Shown here: positions 51,435-60,126 of the stretch, in pieces
Layout: each line of letters starts with the position of its first letter
Position numbering within the stretch: position 1 is the stretch's first letter
Source: an uncultured Pseudomonadota bacterium
Lineage (GTDB): Bacteria > Oederibacteriota > Muellerivitia > Muellerivitales > Muellerivitaceae
Length of the DNA: 64,000 nucleotides
Direction of reading: 5' to 3'
Assembly: GCA_963770835.1 (NCBI GenBank)
Contig: CAVYRH010000007.1
Span: 1-64,000 of the forward strand
Position numbers and translations under genes: made by a program
Notes under the pieces: generated by a model
The model's input: the letters and a program-made list of their open reading frames with translations, nothing else
Databases searched by the model: none
Told to the model about the DNA's origin: nothing

Positions 51435-51917
51435 CTAGTCCTTCAACCAGAGCCTTATTTCCAGCGGAAACCCTTCCACTTCCATGCCACAAGAGGCATG
51501 GGGAGCGCTTGGCGGCCAATCCTCGGGTGTGGACGGCGAGGGGCGGATGGGGCCGATTTGGAAGGAATCGGGGTTCCAAAAGTCATGGAAAAGATAAAGA
51601 CAATAAAGCGAAACCATTTCCTCAAATATTTCTTCCGGGTTGTAACGGCCCATGACGGTGTTTTCCCTCAGGCCCCGAAGCCAATATAAAAATTCGGTCG
51701 TGGTTCGAAGCACCAAAACACCCCGCAAAGTTCCCGTCAAAATCACCCTGCGTTCCACGGGAAGATCGGCCGTCCCGGCCGGGTTTAAAGTGAGGGGATG
51801 AACCTTTTCAGCTCCCCAGGCCCGGATAATCCGCTCAAAAAGACGGCCCGGATCGAAAAAATGGAACCGGAAAGCGCCTGGCGGGTTTCTGTGAGTCTCA
51901 TCCATGGTCATGTCCAT
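51435..51917 (-). CDS. Hypothetical protein, CheX-like, paralogue 2
   Basis: VILTGTLRGVLVLR...EEIFEEMVSLYC...FW...F.IGPI.P.PS.PEDWP; clearly similar to 51949-52440. Confidence 0.65.
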   Translation of the reverse strand: MDMTMDETHRNPPGAFRFHFFDPGRLFERIIRAWGAEKVHPLTLNPAGTADLPVERRVILTGTLRGVLVLRTTTEFLYWLRGLRENTVMGRYNPEEIFEEMVSLYCLYLFHDFWNPDSFQIGPIRPSPSTPEDWPPSAPHASCGMEVEGFPLEIRLWLKD

Positions 51918-51948
51918 TCTTTTTCCTTTCCCAATCTATCCGAAGGAA

Positions 51949-52440
51949 TTAGTCCGCCCAAAAACGGATTTCCAAGGGATGGGTGTCCACCAAAAGCTGG
52001 CAGGTGGCATTGGGGTCCCGGGGCGGCCAATCCCTCGGAGCCGAAGGCCGGGGAAGGATCAATCCCAACTCGAAAAGTTCTGAAACCCAAAAGTTCTGTA
52101 CCAGGTAAATGCAATAAAGGGTGGCCATTTCGTTGAAAAGTTCCCTCCCGCTGCCGGACCGTGGCAGTTTGGAATTCCGTTTTTCCTCGAGCCACTTCAG
52201 AAAGGACCGTTGGCAACGGATGACGAGAATGCCGGACAGGGAGCCTTTCCACCGGATTTTTATTTCCTCCGGCATGTCTTCCCGGTCTTCCAGGGCTTGG
52301 CCGTTGTACTCGGCATCGCCCCCGGCCCAATATTGAACGAATCCCCGGAAAAGCGTGGAAAGGTCCATGGAGCGAGGCATAAAAAGGGGAGGAGTGAAAT
52401 TTAAATTTTCTTGTTGGATCTCGGCTAGGGTTTCGACCAT
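51949..52440 (-). CDS. Hypothetical protein, CheX-like, paralogue 1
   Basis: IRWKGSLSGILVIR...RELFNEMATLYC...FW...FELGLILPRPSAPRDWP; GAGG RBS. Confidence 0.65.
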   Translation of the reverse strand: MVETLAEIQQENLNFTPPLFMPRSMDLSTLFRGFVQYWAGGDAEYNGQALEDREDMPEEIKIRWKGSLSGILVIRCQRSFLKWLEEKRNSKLPRSGSGRELFNEMATLYCIYLVQNFWVSELFELGLILPRPSAPRDWPPRDPNATCQLLVDTHPLEIRFWAD

Positions 52441-52482
52441 GGCTCGCCTCGTTTCGGGATTGATGACATAACCGTTTATAGA

Positions 52483-52497
52483 GCAAAGGAGATGCCA
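52483..52497 (-). promoter_or_regulatory. Sigma-54 -24/-12 promoter
   Basis: Minus strand TGGCAT-CTCCT-TTGC(T), upstream of ATG 52440. Confidence 0.8.
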
Positions 52498-52779
52498 ATC
52501 GGAGGCCGCTTAATATTAGGGTTTTGTTGAGTGTAAATAGAAAAGTGAACTGAAATGCTTTCCCAGGGGGTAAAAAAGGAACAAAGTTGTGTGGGCCGTT
52601 TACCTAAATTTTTTAAACGAATCTTGGATCACCGGATGGCTAATGCTTACTGGAAAAAAGAGTAAAAATCATACAAACGAATTCTCCTATTCCTCAAATG
52701 ATCAAGAAGATAGGTTGCTTCCGGATTTCCCAAAAACATGTGAGAAAGGGATGTTGTGCCGCTTCATCCATCAGGAGTC

Positions 52780-53169
52780 TCAAGCCACCGCGGTGGCTTT
52801 TTCGGCCAGGATTTCTTTAATCTTGTTCTTTAAGGCGTCCATGTTTACCGGTTTGTCGAAGAAACCGCTAATGTTGAAGCCTTTCAAGGCGAAGTCATTT
52901 TCCATTCCCTTAAAAGCCGAGGCTACCACGATGGGGAGGTAGGGGTGATCCTCGCGCACATGGGGGATCATCTCCATCGCGTGCATGTCGGGCATCTTGA
53001 TGTCGGTCATGAGGAGATCCACGTGGACATCCTCCAGGATTCCCAGGACCTGGAGACCGTTGTCGGCGGTCAAAATACGGTAACCCTCCTCCGACAATTC
53101 CTCCAAATAAAGAAACCGGGAGGCTTCCTCGTCTTCCGCCACCAGGATGGTATAAATGGGTTTTTTCAT
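52780..53169 (-). CDS. Single-domain response regulator
   Basis: LVAEDE, TDIKMP, ASA, DKP; AGGAGG RBS. Confidence 0.9.
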   Translation of the reverse strand: MKKPIYTILVAEDEEASRFLYLEELSEEGYRILTADNGLQVLGILEDVHVDLLMTDIKMPDMHAMEMIPHVREDHPYLPIVVASAFKGMENDFALKGFNISGFFDKPVNMDALKNKIKEILAEKATAVA

Positions 53170-53188
53170 GACCGCCTCCTCTTAAAAG

Positions 53189-54976
53189 TTATTCTTCCCC
53201 AAGGGGAATGTAAAAAGTAAAAGTGCTTCCTTTTCCAAGCTCGCTTTCCACGTCCAGGTTCCCTCCGTGGGCCGCGATGATCTTATGGCAGATGCTTAAA
53301 CCCAATCCCGTACCGGTGATTTTGGTTGTGAAAAAGGGGTGAAAGAGTTTTGAAAGGTTCTCTTTTGGGATCCCACAACCCGTATCCCCAACCGAGATCG
53401 CCACCATTTTTTGCTGGAGGAACAGCTGTTGGAAGAGGAACCCTTCCCCTTTTCCTTGGGCTTCCGGGACCAAACCCTCGATCAAGCGGGTTTTGAGGAA
53501 CAATTTGCCACCCCGGGGAGTGGCTTGGATGGCGTTCAACATGAGGTTTAACGCCACTTGGCGTACTTTCGGGATGTCGGCGGCGACCTGGGGCAATAGA
53601 GGGCTGAGGCTCTTTTCCATGGTCATTCCTGCGTTTTCGATCTTCTCGTTGAGGAATGAGGCGGTTTCCTCCAACAGCTGATTCATGTCCGCAGGGGTTT
53701 TGTGGAGCTGGTCCGGCCGGCTGTATTCCAGGACATCATTGACGATACCATCCATCCGTTTGACCTCCTCGGCGATGATATCGGCGTATTTCTTGAGGGT
53801 GGGGTCGTTGAGCTTGACCGAAAGCCTCTTGGAAAAACCGCTGATGGCGTTCAGCGGATTCTTGATTTCGTGGGCCACACCCGCGGCCATCTCCCCCAGG
53901 GCGGAGAAACGCTCGGAACGCAACAGCTGGGTCTCCATTTGGCGGAGAAGGGTCATGTCCCTCAACGTAGCGATGGCCCCGATGATTTCGCCGTTTCCAC
54001 CCCGCAGGACAGAGGTTTCCAGAGTGACAGGAACAACCTCGAAGCGGGTGGTGTTTAGTTCTAAGTGGTCCTGCACGAAGCTTCTTTCCTCCTCAAGGGT
54101 CCGCCGCAAGGCAACGGAGACCGGTTTTAATTCCTCGGGCAGTTCCTCGAGGGTTTTTTCCGCTATTTCGGCCTCCACAAAACCCGTGATCTGGCGGGCT
54201 CCCGAGTTGAATGTCCGTATCTTCCCGTCCTTTCGGGCCACGATGATGCCGGTCTTGATGGAAGCCAGCACACAGTGGTGGTATTCCAAGAGGGATTTCA
54301 GCTTCCGGTTGGATTCCACGAATTTTTGGACCGAAGTATCCGCTTGTTCGGCCAGGAACTGGTTCATGCCCACGAGGTGTTTTTGGGCGTCCTTTTGTTT
54401 CTTGGTTTCCATGGCCAAATAACCGCTTAAGGAGGCCGCCACGAAAAGGAAGGGGAAACGCACCAGTACTTCGGTGTCGCCGGTGAGGAATTGGCCGGAG
54501 CTTTTCATTTGCAGGAAGCCGTAAAGGGAACAGGAAACGATCGCGATCCCGAAAACGCTTTTTACGTCCTGGGAAAGGGCGGAGATGAAGATGGTGGTGA
54601 ATAAAATGAGGAAAAGGTCAACGTCCTTGATCCCCCCGAAGTAAATGCTGCCAGAAATGAAAAAAATATCGGCTAGAAAAATGGTGGAAAGGACGCTGTT
54701 TTTCTCGATCCACCGGGTTTTCAAAAGAGGCATGGCGATAATCGATAGGAAGTAAGCCGCCAAAAGAACTATTATTCTCGGGCTGAAGAGGACGCCGGTA
54801 TTCTGTTCTTTGAAATAAAGAAGCACGGTAATGGTGAGAAAAACCAGCAGCCGGAAGGACATCAGGATTTCCCGCTTGCCCATGTCGATCCGGCGTTTTT
54901 GCAAGTGGGCGGAACGTTGATCCAGATCCTCCACCCATCGATTGGCTTGAATGGTCCCCGCCAGAGAATTAATCAT
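53189..54976 (-). CDS. Membrane PAS sensor histidine kinase (PilS/AtoS-like)
   Basis: N-terminal TM bundle, PAS, LGEMAAGVAHEIKNPL, PFFTTK..GTGLGL. Confidence 0.92.
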   Translation of the reverse strand: MINSLAGTIQANRWVEDLDQRSAHLQKRRIDMGKREILMSFRLLVFLTITVLLYFKEQNTGVLFSPRIIVLLAAYFLSIIAMPLLKTRWIEKNSVLSTIFLADIFFISGSIYFGGIKDVDLFLILFTTIFISALSQDVKSVFGIAIVSCSLYGFLQMKSSGQFLTGDTEVLVRFPFLFVAASLSGYLAMETKKQKDAQKHLVGMNQFLAEQADTSVQKFVESNRKLKSLLEYHHCVLASIKTGIIVARKDGKIRTFNSGARQITGFVEAEIAEKTLEELPEELKPVSVALRRTLEEERSFVQDHLELNTTRFEVVPVTLETSVLRGGNGEIIGAIATLRDMTLLRQMETQLLRSERFSALGEMAAGVAHEIKNPLNAISGFSKRLSVKLNDPTLKKYADIIAEEVKRMDGIVNDVLEYSRPDQLHKTPADMNQLLEETASFLNEKIENAGMTMEKSLSPLLPQVAADIPKVRQVALNLMLNAIQATPRGGKLFLKTRLIEGLVPEAQGKGEGFLFQQLFLQQKMVAISVGDTGCGIPKENLSKLFHPFFTTKITGTGLGLSICHKIIAAHGGNLDVESELGKGSTFTFYIPLGEE

Positions 54977-54988
54977 GCCTTATGAAAG

Positions 54989-55003
54989 GCAATGGACGTG
55001 CCA
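54989..55003 (-). promoter_or_regulatory. Sigma-54 -24/-12 promoter
   Basis: Minus strand TGGCAC-GTCCA-TTGC, an exact consensus match, just upstream of the kinase gene. Confidence 0.8.
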
Positions 55004-55072
55004 AAGAAAACCACATGTTTTAAGGAAAAATCGAGGGTGGAAGAGACAAGGCGGAGGAAGGTTTTTCACGTT

Positions 55073-55087
55073 GGGTAAATTTTACCC
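55073..55087. promoter_or_regulatory. Palindromic candidate enhancer (UAS)
   Basis: GGGTAAA-T-TTTACCC perfect palindrome about 70 bp upstream of a sigma-54 site. Confidence 0.6.
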
Positions 55088-55165
55088 GCTTCTAAAGGGA
55101 AGGGAAAAGACAGTTGGCTTCACCACAGCGCTGTCACCCTTCGTTTGAAATCCTGGTTTGTTTTC

Positions 55166-56509
55166 TTATTCCAGTTCGTATTTTTTCAATTTGTTAAACA
55201 ATGTTTTTCGGGTGACGCCCAGGAGGTCGGCGGCTTTTGACTTATTACCCTTGGTTTCCAAGAGGGCGCGCTTGATGTTTTCCTTTTCGGCGTCGCTGCG
55301 GCTGAGGACTCCCTTCTCCCCGGAAGGCAGCAGGGTTTTCGCCTCTCGTATTTCTTTGGGAAGGTCTTTGGGAGAAAGGGTGTTTTCCTTGGCGGTAACC
55401 ACCATACGCTCAATAACGTGCTTCAATTCCCGGACGTTTCCGGGCCAGGAGTAATTCTTCAAAAGGGTGAGAATGTCATCGGAAAGCAGGCTGAGCTTCT
55501 TGTTAAAGGCCCGGCAGGATTCCTGAAGGAAAAAGTTGGCCAATTGCTCAATGTCCTTGGGGCGGTCCCGCAAAGCCGGAATTTTCAACGGGATCACGTT
55601 CAAACGGTAATAAAGATCGGCCCGGAAACGGCCTTCCTTGACCTCTTTCTCCAAATCCCGGTGGGTTGCCGTGACTACCCGGACGTCCAGTGGAATCTCC
55701 CGGTTCCCGCCCAGCCGCCGGAGCATTTTTTGCTCCAAAACCTTCAAAAGTTTCATTTGGACGGAGGGTGTCAATTCTCCAATCTCATCTAAAAAAACCG
55801 TGCCACCCTGGGCCTCTTCGAAAAGGCCGGGCTTCTGCCGCTTGGCGTCCGTAAAGGCTCCGGGTTCATAACCGAAGAGTTCGGATTCAAGGATGGATTC
55901 GGGCAGGGAGCCGCAGTGCAGTTCCACGAAGGGTTTGGAGGTCCTGGGCGACAGGGCGTGGATCAGCCGGGCCACGTGCTCCTTGCCGGTGCCCGTTTCC
56001 CCCAGGATCATGACGGTTACCTTTTCCTGCTGGGCCACCTGCTCGATTTCCCCGTAAAGCCTCTGCATATCCGGATCGGTCAAGAAAAGGTAATCCTTGC
56101 GGTACATTTCCTGCTGCTGCCGGCGGAGGGAGGCGACTTCCTTCTGCAATCCGCGTTTTTCGCCGATCTTTTTCAAAACGATTTTTAATTTTTCCATGTC
56201 GATGGGTTTTTCCAGGTAGTCCTCGGCGCCCATTTGCATCGCCTTGACGGCCGAGTCCACCGATCCGGCTCCCGTGATGACGACCACGGAAGCGGATGGA
56301 AAGGATTCATTCAATTTGGCCAGAAGTTCCAGGCCTCCCATATCGGGAAGATGGAGATCCAAAAGGATGATGTCGGGTTTCAATTGGTTGGCGTTTTCGA
56401 TGCCTTCGGCGGCCGTATGGGCGGGGAAAGCCTGGTGGCCCTGCTGTTCCAGGAACTTCGCCAGGATTTTCACAAGGGATTGTTCGTCGTCAATGAGCAG
56501 TATCCGCAA
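55166..56509 (-). CDS. Sigma-54-dependent response regulator (NtrC/AtoC family, REC-AAA+-Fis HTH)
   Basis: LLDLHLP, GETGTGKE, ESELFG, GAFTDA, FLDEIGE, FRADLYYRL, WPGNVREL, HTH. Confidence 0.95.
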   Translation of the reverse strand: MRILLIDDEQSLVKILAKFLEQQGHQAFPAHTAAEGIENANQLKPDIILLDLHLPDMGGLELLAKLNESFPSASVVVITGAGSVDSAVKAMQMGAEDYLEKPIDMEKLKIVLKKIGEKRGLQKEVASLRRQQQEMYRKDYLFLTDPDMQRLYGEIEQVAQQEKVTVMILGETGTGKEHVARLIHALSPRTSKPFVELHCGSLPESILESELFGYEPGAFTDAKRQKPGLFEEAQGGTVFLDEIGELTPSVQMKLLKVLEQKMLRRLGGNREIPLDVRVVTATHRDLEKEVKEGRFRADLYYRLNVIPLKIPALRDRPKDIEQLANFFLQESCRAFNKKLSLLSDDILTLLKNYSWPGNVRELKHVIERMVVTAKENTLSPKDLPKEIREAKTLLPSGEKGVLSRSDAEKENIKRALLETKGNKSKAADLLGVTRKTLFNKLKKYELE

Positions 56510-56713
56510 GGTTTCTGTCCTTTTTATAAAGTCTTAACTCTAATTATAAGTGACACTGTTTATTTATGGCTTGCGAATAAGAGATTTCCAGGTGATTGAG
56601 CCAATAAAAGTGCGTTTTTTTGAATGGCTCAATTTTATTGGGTTTTTGAGAAAAAACCAAAAAGGTGATGGAACACAAACAAAAAAGGCTAGACCTTTTT
56701 TATTCTTTGTTGG

Positions 56714-57589
56714 TTATTGCATCGGCGGGGGTTGGTTTTTGGGCGGCCCGGCGCGATAGGGGCCGTTTATTTCAATACGGCGCCCTTTGTTGATTTTCCA
56801 GGCCTCGTAAAGCCCGATTGCCAATATGACCAGCCCGAGGATGTTTTGGAATCCCGCTAAAAAGGGTAGGGCATAGGCCAACAACAGAAGAGCGCCGCAA
56901 CCCAAGATAAACTTGCCGAAGTCCATTTGATCTTTCCGGGGTTCGGGATTGGCGGCAGAAGCGGCTTCGGGGGTGGCGGCGGGATCAACCGTGGTTGGAT
57001 TGGCGGCGGAAGTCAAAAAAGTATCGGTAGCTAGGGGAGTAACCCCGGGCGTCGCCAAAGAGGCGGAATCGTTGGAACTGGGAGTCGCCTGAATTTGGGA
57101 TGGGGAAGCGGCGGTTTGATTTGCCTGTTTGGTTTTGAGGTCGTCTTTTAATTCGCCCACGGCCATGGGGATATAAGTCAACACAATGGCGTTATAGGTC
57201 AGGAACATGGCCAGCAATTGATAGGGCCAGCCACCTAGGCCGTTGGAACCCCAACGAACCGCCGCACCTACCATGAAACCGACCAGAATCGCCACCAGGC
57301 CAAATTCATATCCGGTGGCCTTTTCGATACCGTAATAAATCCCGAAACCTAATAGGGCCGCCAAGCTTCCGGCGAAGAAGGCCTTTAAGAACCGCTTGAC
57401 CTGTGAGCCGCCCTTGAATTGGGCTTCGATCTTACGCTTACACTCCATACAAAAGGTTTTGCCGTTAATCTCAAAATAGAACTCATCAATGGTTTTTCCA
57501 CAAGCTGCGCATGAAAGGACGGGAACTCGGGGAGTGTCGAAATCAGCCTTCTCGAACTGCAGGTTGGGATCGCCAGTATCCGGACTCAT
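56714..57589 (-). CDS. Membrane protein with N-terminal CxxC..CxxC zinc finger
   Basis: CAAC...CMEC, multiple TM helices, Ala/Thr/Pro-rich loop, IGLYEAWKIN. Confidence 0.8.
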   Translation of the reverse strand: MSPDTGDPNLQFEKADFDTPRVPVLSCAACGKTIDEFYFEINGKTFCMECKRKIEAQFKGGSQVKRFLKAFFAGSLAALLGFGIYYGIEKATGYEFGLVAILVGFMVGAAVRWGSNGLGGWPYQLLAMFLTYNAIVLTYIPMAVGELKDDLKTKQANQTAASPSQIQATPSSNDSASLATPGVTPLATDTFLTSAANPTTVDPAATPEAASAANPEPRKDQMDFGKFILGCGALLLLAYALPFLAGFQNILGLVILAIGLYEAWKINKGRRIEINGPYRAGPPKNQPPPMQ

Positions 57590-57727
57590 AGAAATCCTTT
57601 TAAATAAAATGGGGCATTGAAATTAGAGAAGAAATCGAGGCAATTATACAAAATAAAGGTTGTATAGGTGGGGAAGTATTAAATGGAATTTTAAGGCTTT
57701 TCACAAATCCAAAACTTAAAACCGACG

Positions 57728-58387
57728 CTAAAAAACACCCCGGAACGGGTCCACGTGCTCCGAGTCCAGCATGACCTTAAAACCCACCCGGCCCGAGTAA
57801 ATTTGGGTTAAACCTTGCCAGGCGATGAGATGGTCCAGGCCCTCAACATAAAGGAACCACTGTTTCCCGTCGCCTAAGGGGAAGTCCATCCCGGCCCCGG
57901 CATTCATGGAGAAGAGCATGTCGAAGGAATTGCTGTAAAAATTTGAATTGGATAGTGGCTGGTATTGGTCCACCACCAAATCCATACCTCCGCCCACCAA
58001 GAGGTAGGGAACCGTGTTGAAGTTCTGGTGGACGCGGTCGTATTTCGATCCCCAATACCACCGAACGTTCACGGTCAGGGCGAAGTCGTTGGTCGGCTGC
58101 ACGATCTGGTAGGCCGCAAAGCCGTTTTCCGTGGTGGGAGCCTGGCTGACGGTGACCGGCAGGTTCGGCATGGTGTAATAGTCCATGCCCCAAAGGCCGT
58201 CAAAATCGTCCGCAAGGCTGATGCCCAGCCAAAGCCCCCCTTCCGGCGAGGGGGTGCCGCTGCCTAAGAAACCCGAAACTTCACTTGAGCCCAACTGGCC
58301 TAGAATGCTGAAATTCGGGGGTTCAGGGGTTTGGGCCAACGCATGGCCGCCTAAAAAAATAAAAAATACGAATAGATATTTTTTCAT
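57728..58387 (-). CDS. Small outer-membrane beta-barrel-like protein
   Basis: Signal peptide MKKYLFVFFIFLGGHALA; VPYLLVGGG, NAGAGMDF, GRVGF amphipathic strands; ATGA overlap with the upstream gene. Confidence 0.7.
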   Translation of the reverse strand: MKKYLFVFFIFLGGHALAQTPEPPNFSILGQLGSSEVSGFLGSGTPSPEGGLWLGISLADDFDGLWGMDYYTMPNLPVTVSQAPTTENGFAAYQIVQPTNDFALTVNVRWYWGSKYDRVHQNFNTVPYLLVGGGMDLVVDQYQPLSNSNFYSNSFDMLFSMNAGAGMDFPLGDGKQWFLYVEGLDHLIAWQGLTQIYSGRVGFKVMLDSEHVDPFRGVF

Positions 58388-58689
58388 GGACGGACGCGCC
58401 CTTGAAGGGATTTTCGAACGCGGCTCCAGTACCACCACTTTTTTTGCGGCGCGGGCAAACGGGGATTCCGGGCCTGGGCCACCGCGCAAGTGAAGGTGTC
58501 CAAAACGCAGGGATCCTGGCGGTGGCCGGTGATTTTGGAAAGCTTGTCATAAAGGGCCCGGGGATTAGAGTTCGCCAGTTGTGAAACCGACCGGATGCCG
58601 AGCCGGTCGAAGACGCGCAACATGGCCGGGCCGATGGAAATAAGGTCGGAAAGCAGGCGTTTCTTCTTTTGCGGAATGGATTTAGGCAT
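58384..58689 (-). CDS. Helix-hairpin-helix protein (Cdd1/pathogenicity-locus-like)
   Basis: L.DL.SIGPA....LGI, QDPCVLDTF.CAV, WWYWS. Confidence 0.8.
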   Translation of the reverse strand: MPKSIPQKKKRLLSDLISIGPAMLRVFDRLGIRSVSQLANSNPRALYDKLSKITGHRQDPCVLDTFTCAVAQARNPRLPAPQKKWWYWSRVRKSLQGRVRP

Positions 58690-58743
58690 GCCCCAAATTA
58701 TGGGGCAAAAACCCCGGGAAGGGAATAGCCCCGGACCTGACGC

Positions 58744-59391
58744 TCAGAAAGGCTTTTCGCAGTCGGGGCAAACAAAGCGGGCCGCGAACCAATGCCCATC
58801 CGCCCTGGCGTAGTCGGGAAAGAATTCCACTTCCATACCCACCTTGCATTCGGGACATTCGAAACCGTTTTGAAGTCCCAAGTCCTCTTCGAGCCTGAGG
58901 GCACTCTTCCGTTCTTCATTCATGACAAGCCGGTAGGAATTGAGTTTGCTTTTGTGGCTACAGTCCTTCAAAAGGCCCTTGATCTTGCTCAAAACCTGCC
59001 GGGGGGTGTAAAAGCCCTTCACGGAGTAGTCGTTAGCGCCCAACTCCAGCGCTTTTTTGACGTCCCGGGGTTCGCCTAAGACGGAAAAGATGATGACGGG
59101 AATATCCTTGGTTTGTTCGCTTCGCCGTATTTTTTCCAGGACTTTGAATCCGTCCAGCACGGGCAGTCCGAGGTCCAAAAGGACTAGGCTTGGTTTTTGG
59201 TTGAGGATGACTTCCCAACCTTCTTCGCCGTCGGCGGCTTCCAAAACCTCATAACCGTCCTGTTCCAGCACATCGCGGTAAATGCGGCGGAATCCCCTTT
59301 GGTCTTCCAGGATTAAAATGGTCCCTTTTTTGATCTCGATTGCGGAAGGCTTTAGTTTTTCCCGGACAATGTCTTCAATCATCAGTTCCAT
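58744..59391 (-). CDS. Response regulator with C-terminal zinc ribbon, paralogue 2
   Basis: REC (LLDLGLP) plus CPEC...CPDC. Confidence 0.88.
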   Translation of the reverse strand: MELMIEDIVREKLKPSAIEIKKGTILILEDQRGFRRIYRDVLEQDGYEVLEAADGEEGWEVILNQKPSLVLLDLGLPVLDGFKVLEKIRRSEQTKDIPVIIFSVLGEPRDVKKALELGANDYSVKGFYTPRQVLSKIKGLLKDCSHKSKLNSYRLVMNEERKSALRLEEDLGLQNGFECPECKVGMEVEFFPDYARADGHWFAARFVCPDCEKPF

Positions 59392-59432
59392 TTCACACCT
59401 CTCCTTACGGAAGTATTTCCGTTATGAGGAAA

Positions 59433-59447
59433 GCAAGGAAGGTGCCA
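59433..59447 (-). promoter_or_regulatory. Sigma-54 -24/-12 promoter
   Basis: Minus strand TGGCAC-CTTCC-TTGC(T), upstream of ATG 59391. Confidence 0.82.
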
Positions 59448-59506
59448 AAGAAAAGCCACCGAAAGAATATCAAAATCCGCTGGGAACCGAGTCTAAACAA
59501 CCCGTA

Positions 59507-59521
59507 GGGTTATTTTTACCC
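59507..59521. promoter_or_regulatory. Palindromic candidate enhancer (UAS)
   Basis: GGGTTATTTTTACCC, 13/15 identical to 55073-55087, about 60 bp upstream of a sigma-54 site. Confidence 0.55.
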
Positions 59522-59535
59522 AACGGCCGATAGTT

Positions 59536-60126
59536 CTAAAAGGACTTGCCGCATTTCGGGCAAATAAAATGGGCCGTGAACCAATGACCCTCGTTCCGGA
59601 CATAGTCCGGGAAAATTTCCAGGACCATTTCCACACTACACTGGGGGCACTGGTAACCCTTGACGAGGCCGATTTCACTCTGGAGCTTGGGGGCGTCTTC
59701 CACCGCTTCCTGGATTTTTAATTTGTAGGAATTGATCGTGGGTTTGACGCCGACTTCGGTCATGAGGCTCTTGATTTTGCTGAGGATTTGACGAGGTGTG
59801 TAAAAGCCCTTGACGGTATAGTCGTTGGCCCCCATTTCCAGGCCTTTCTTGACGTCCTTTTGCTCCCCTAGGACGGAAAAGATGATAACCGGGATGTTCC
59901 GCGTTCCGGCGTCGGCCCGGATTCTTTTTAAAACCTCATAGCCGTCGATTTTCGGGAGGCCCAGATCCAGCAGGATAAGGTGGGGCTTGCGCTCTTTTGC
60001 CATGTTCCAGCCTTCCTCGCCGTCCTGAGCCTCCAAGACCTCGTAACCTTCGTTTGCAAGCACATCATGGTAGATTCGCCGGAAACCCGGCTGGTCCTCC
60101 ACAAGTAGGATGGTTCCTTTAGACAT
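59536..60126 (-). CDS. Response regulator with C-terminal zinc ribbon, paralogue 1
   Basis: REC (LLDLGLP) plus CPQC...CPKC; overlaps the kinase stop. Confidence 0.88.
   Translation of the reverse strand: MSKGTILLVEDQPGFRRIYHDVLANEGYEVLEAQDGEEGWNMAKERKPHLILLDLGLPKIDGYEVLKRIRADAGTRNIPVIIFSVLGEQKDVKKGLEMGANDYTVKGFYTPRQILSKIKSLMTEVGVKPTINSYKLKIQEAVEDAPKLQSEIGLVKGYQCPQCSVEMVLEIFPDYVRNEGHWFTAHFICPKCGKSF

Noticed and set aside
55840..55865. GAFTDA instead of GAFTGA in the activator as a sign of sigma-54 independence
   Set aside because: It is a common variant that keeps the key Phe-Thr, and canonical sigma-54 sites lie nearby.
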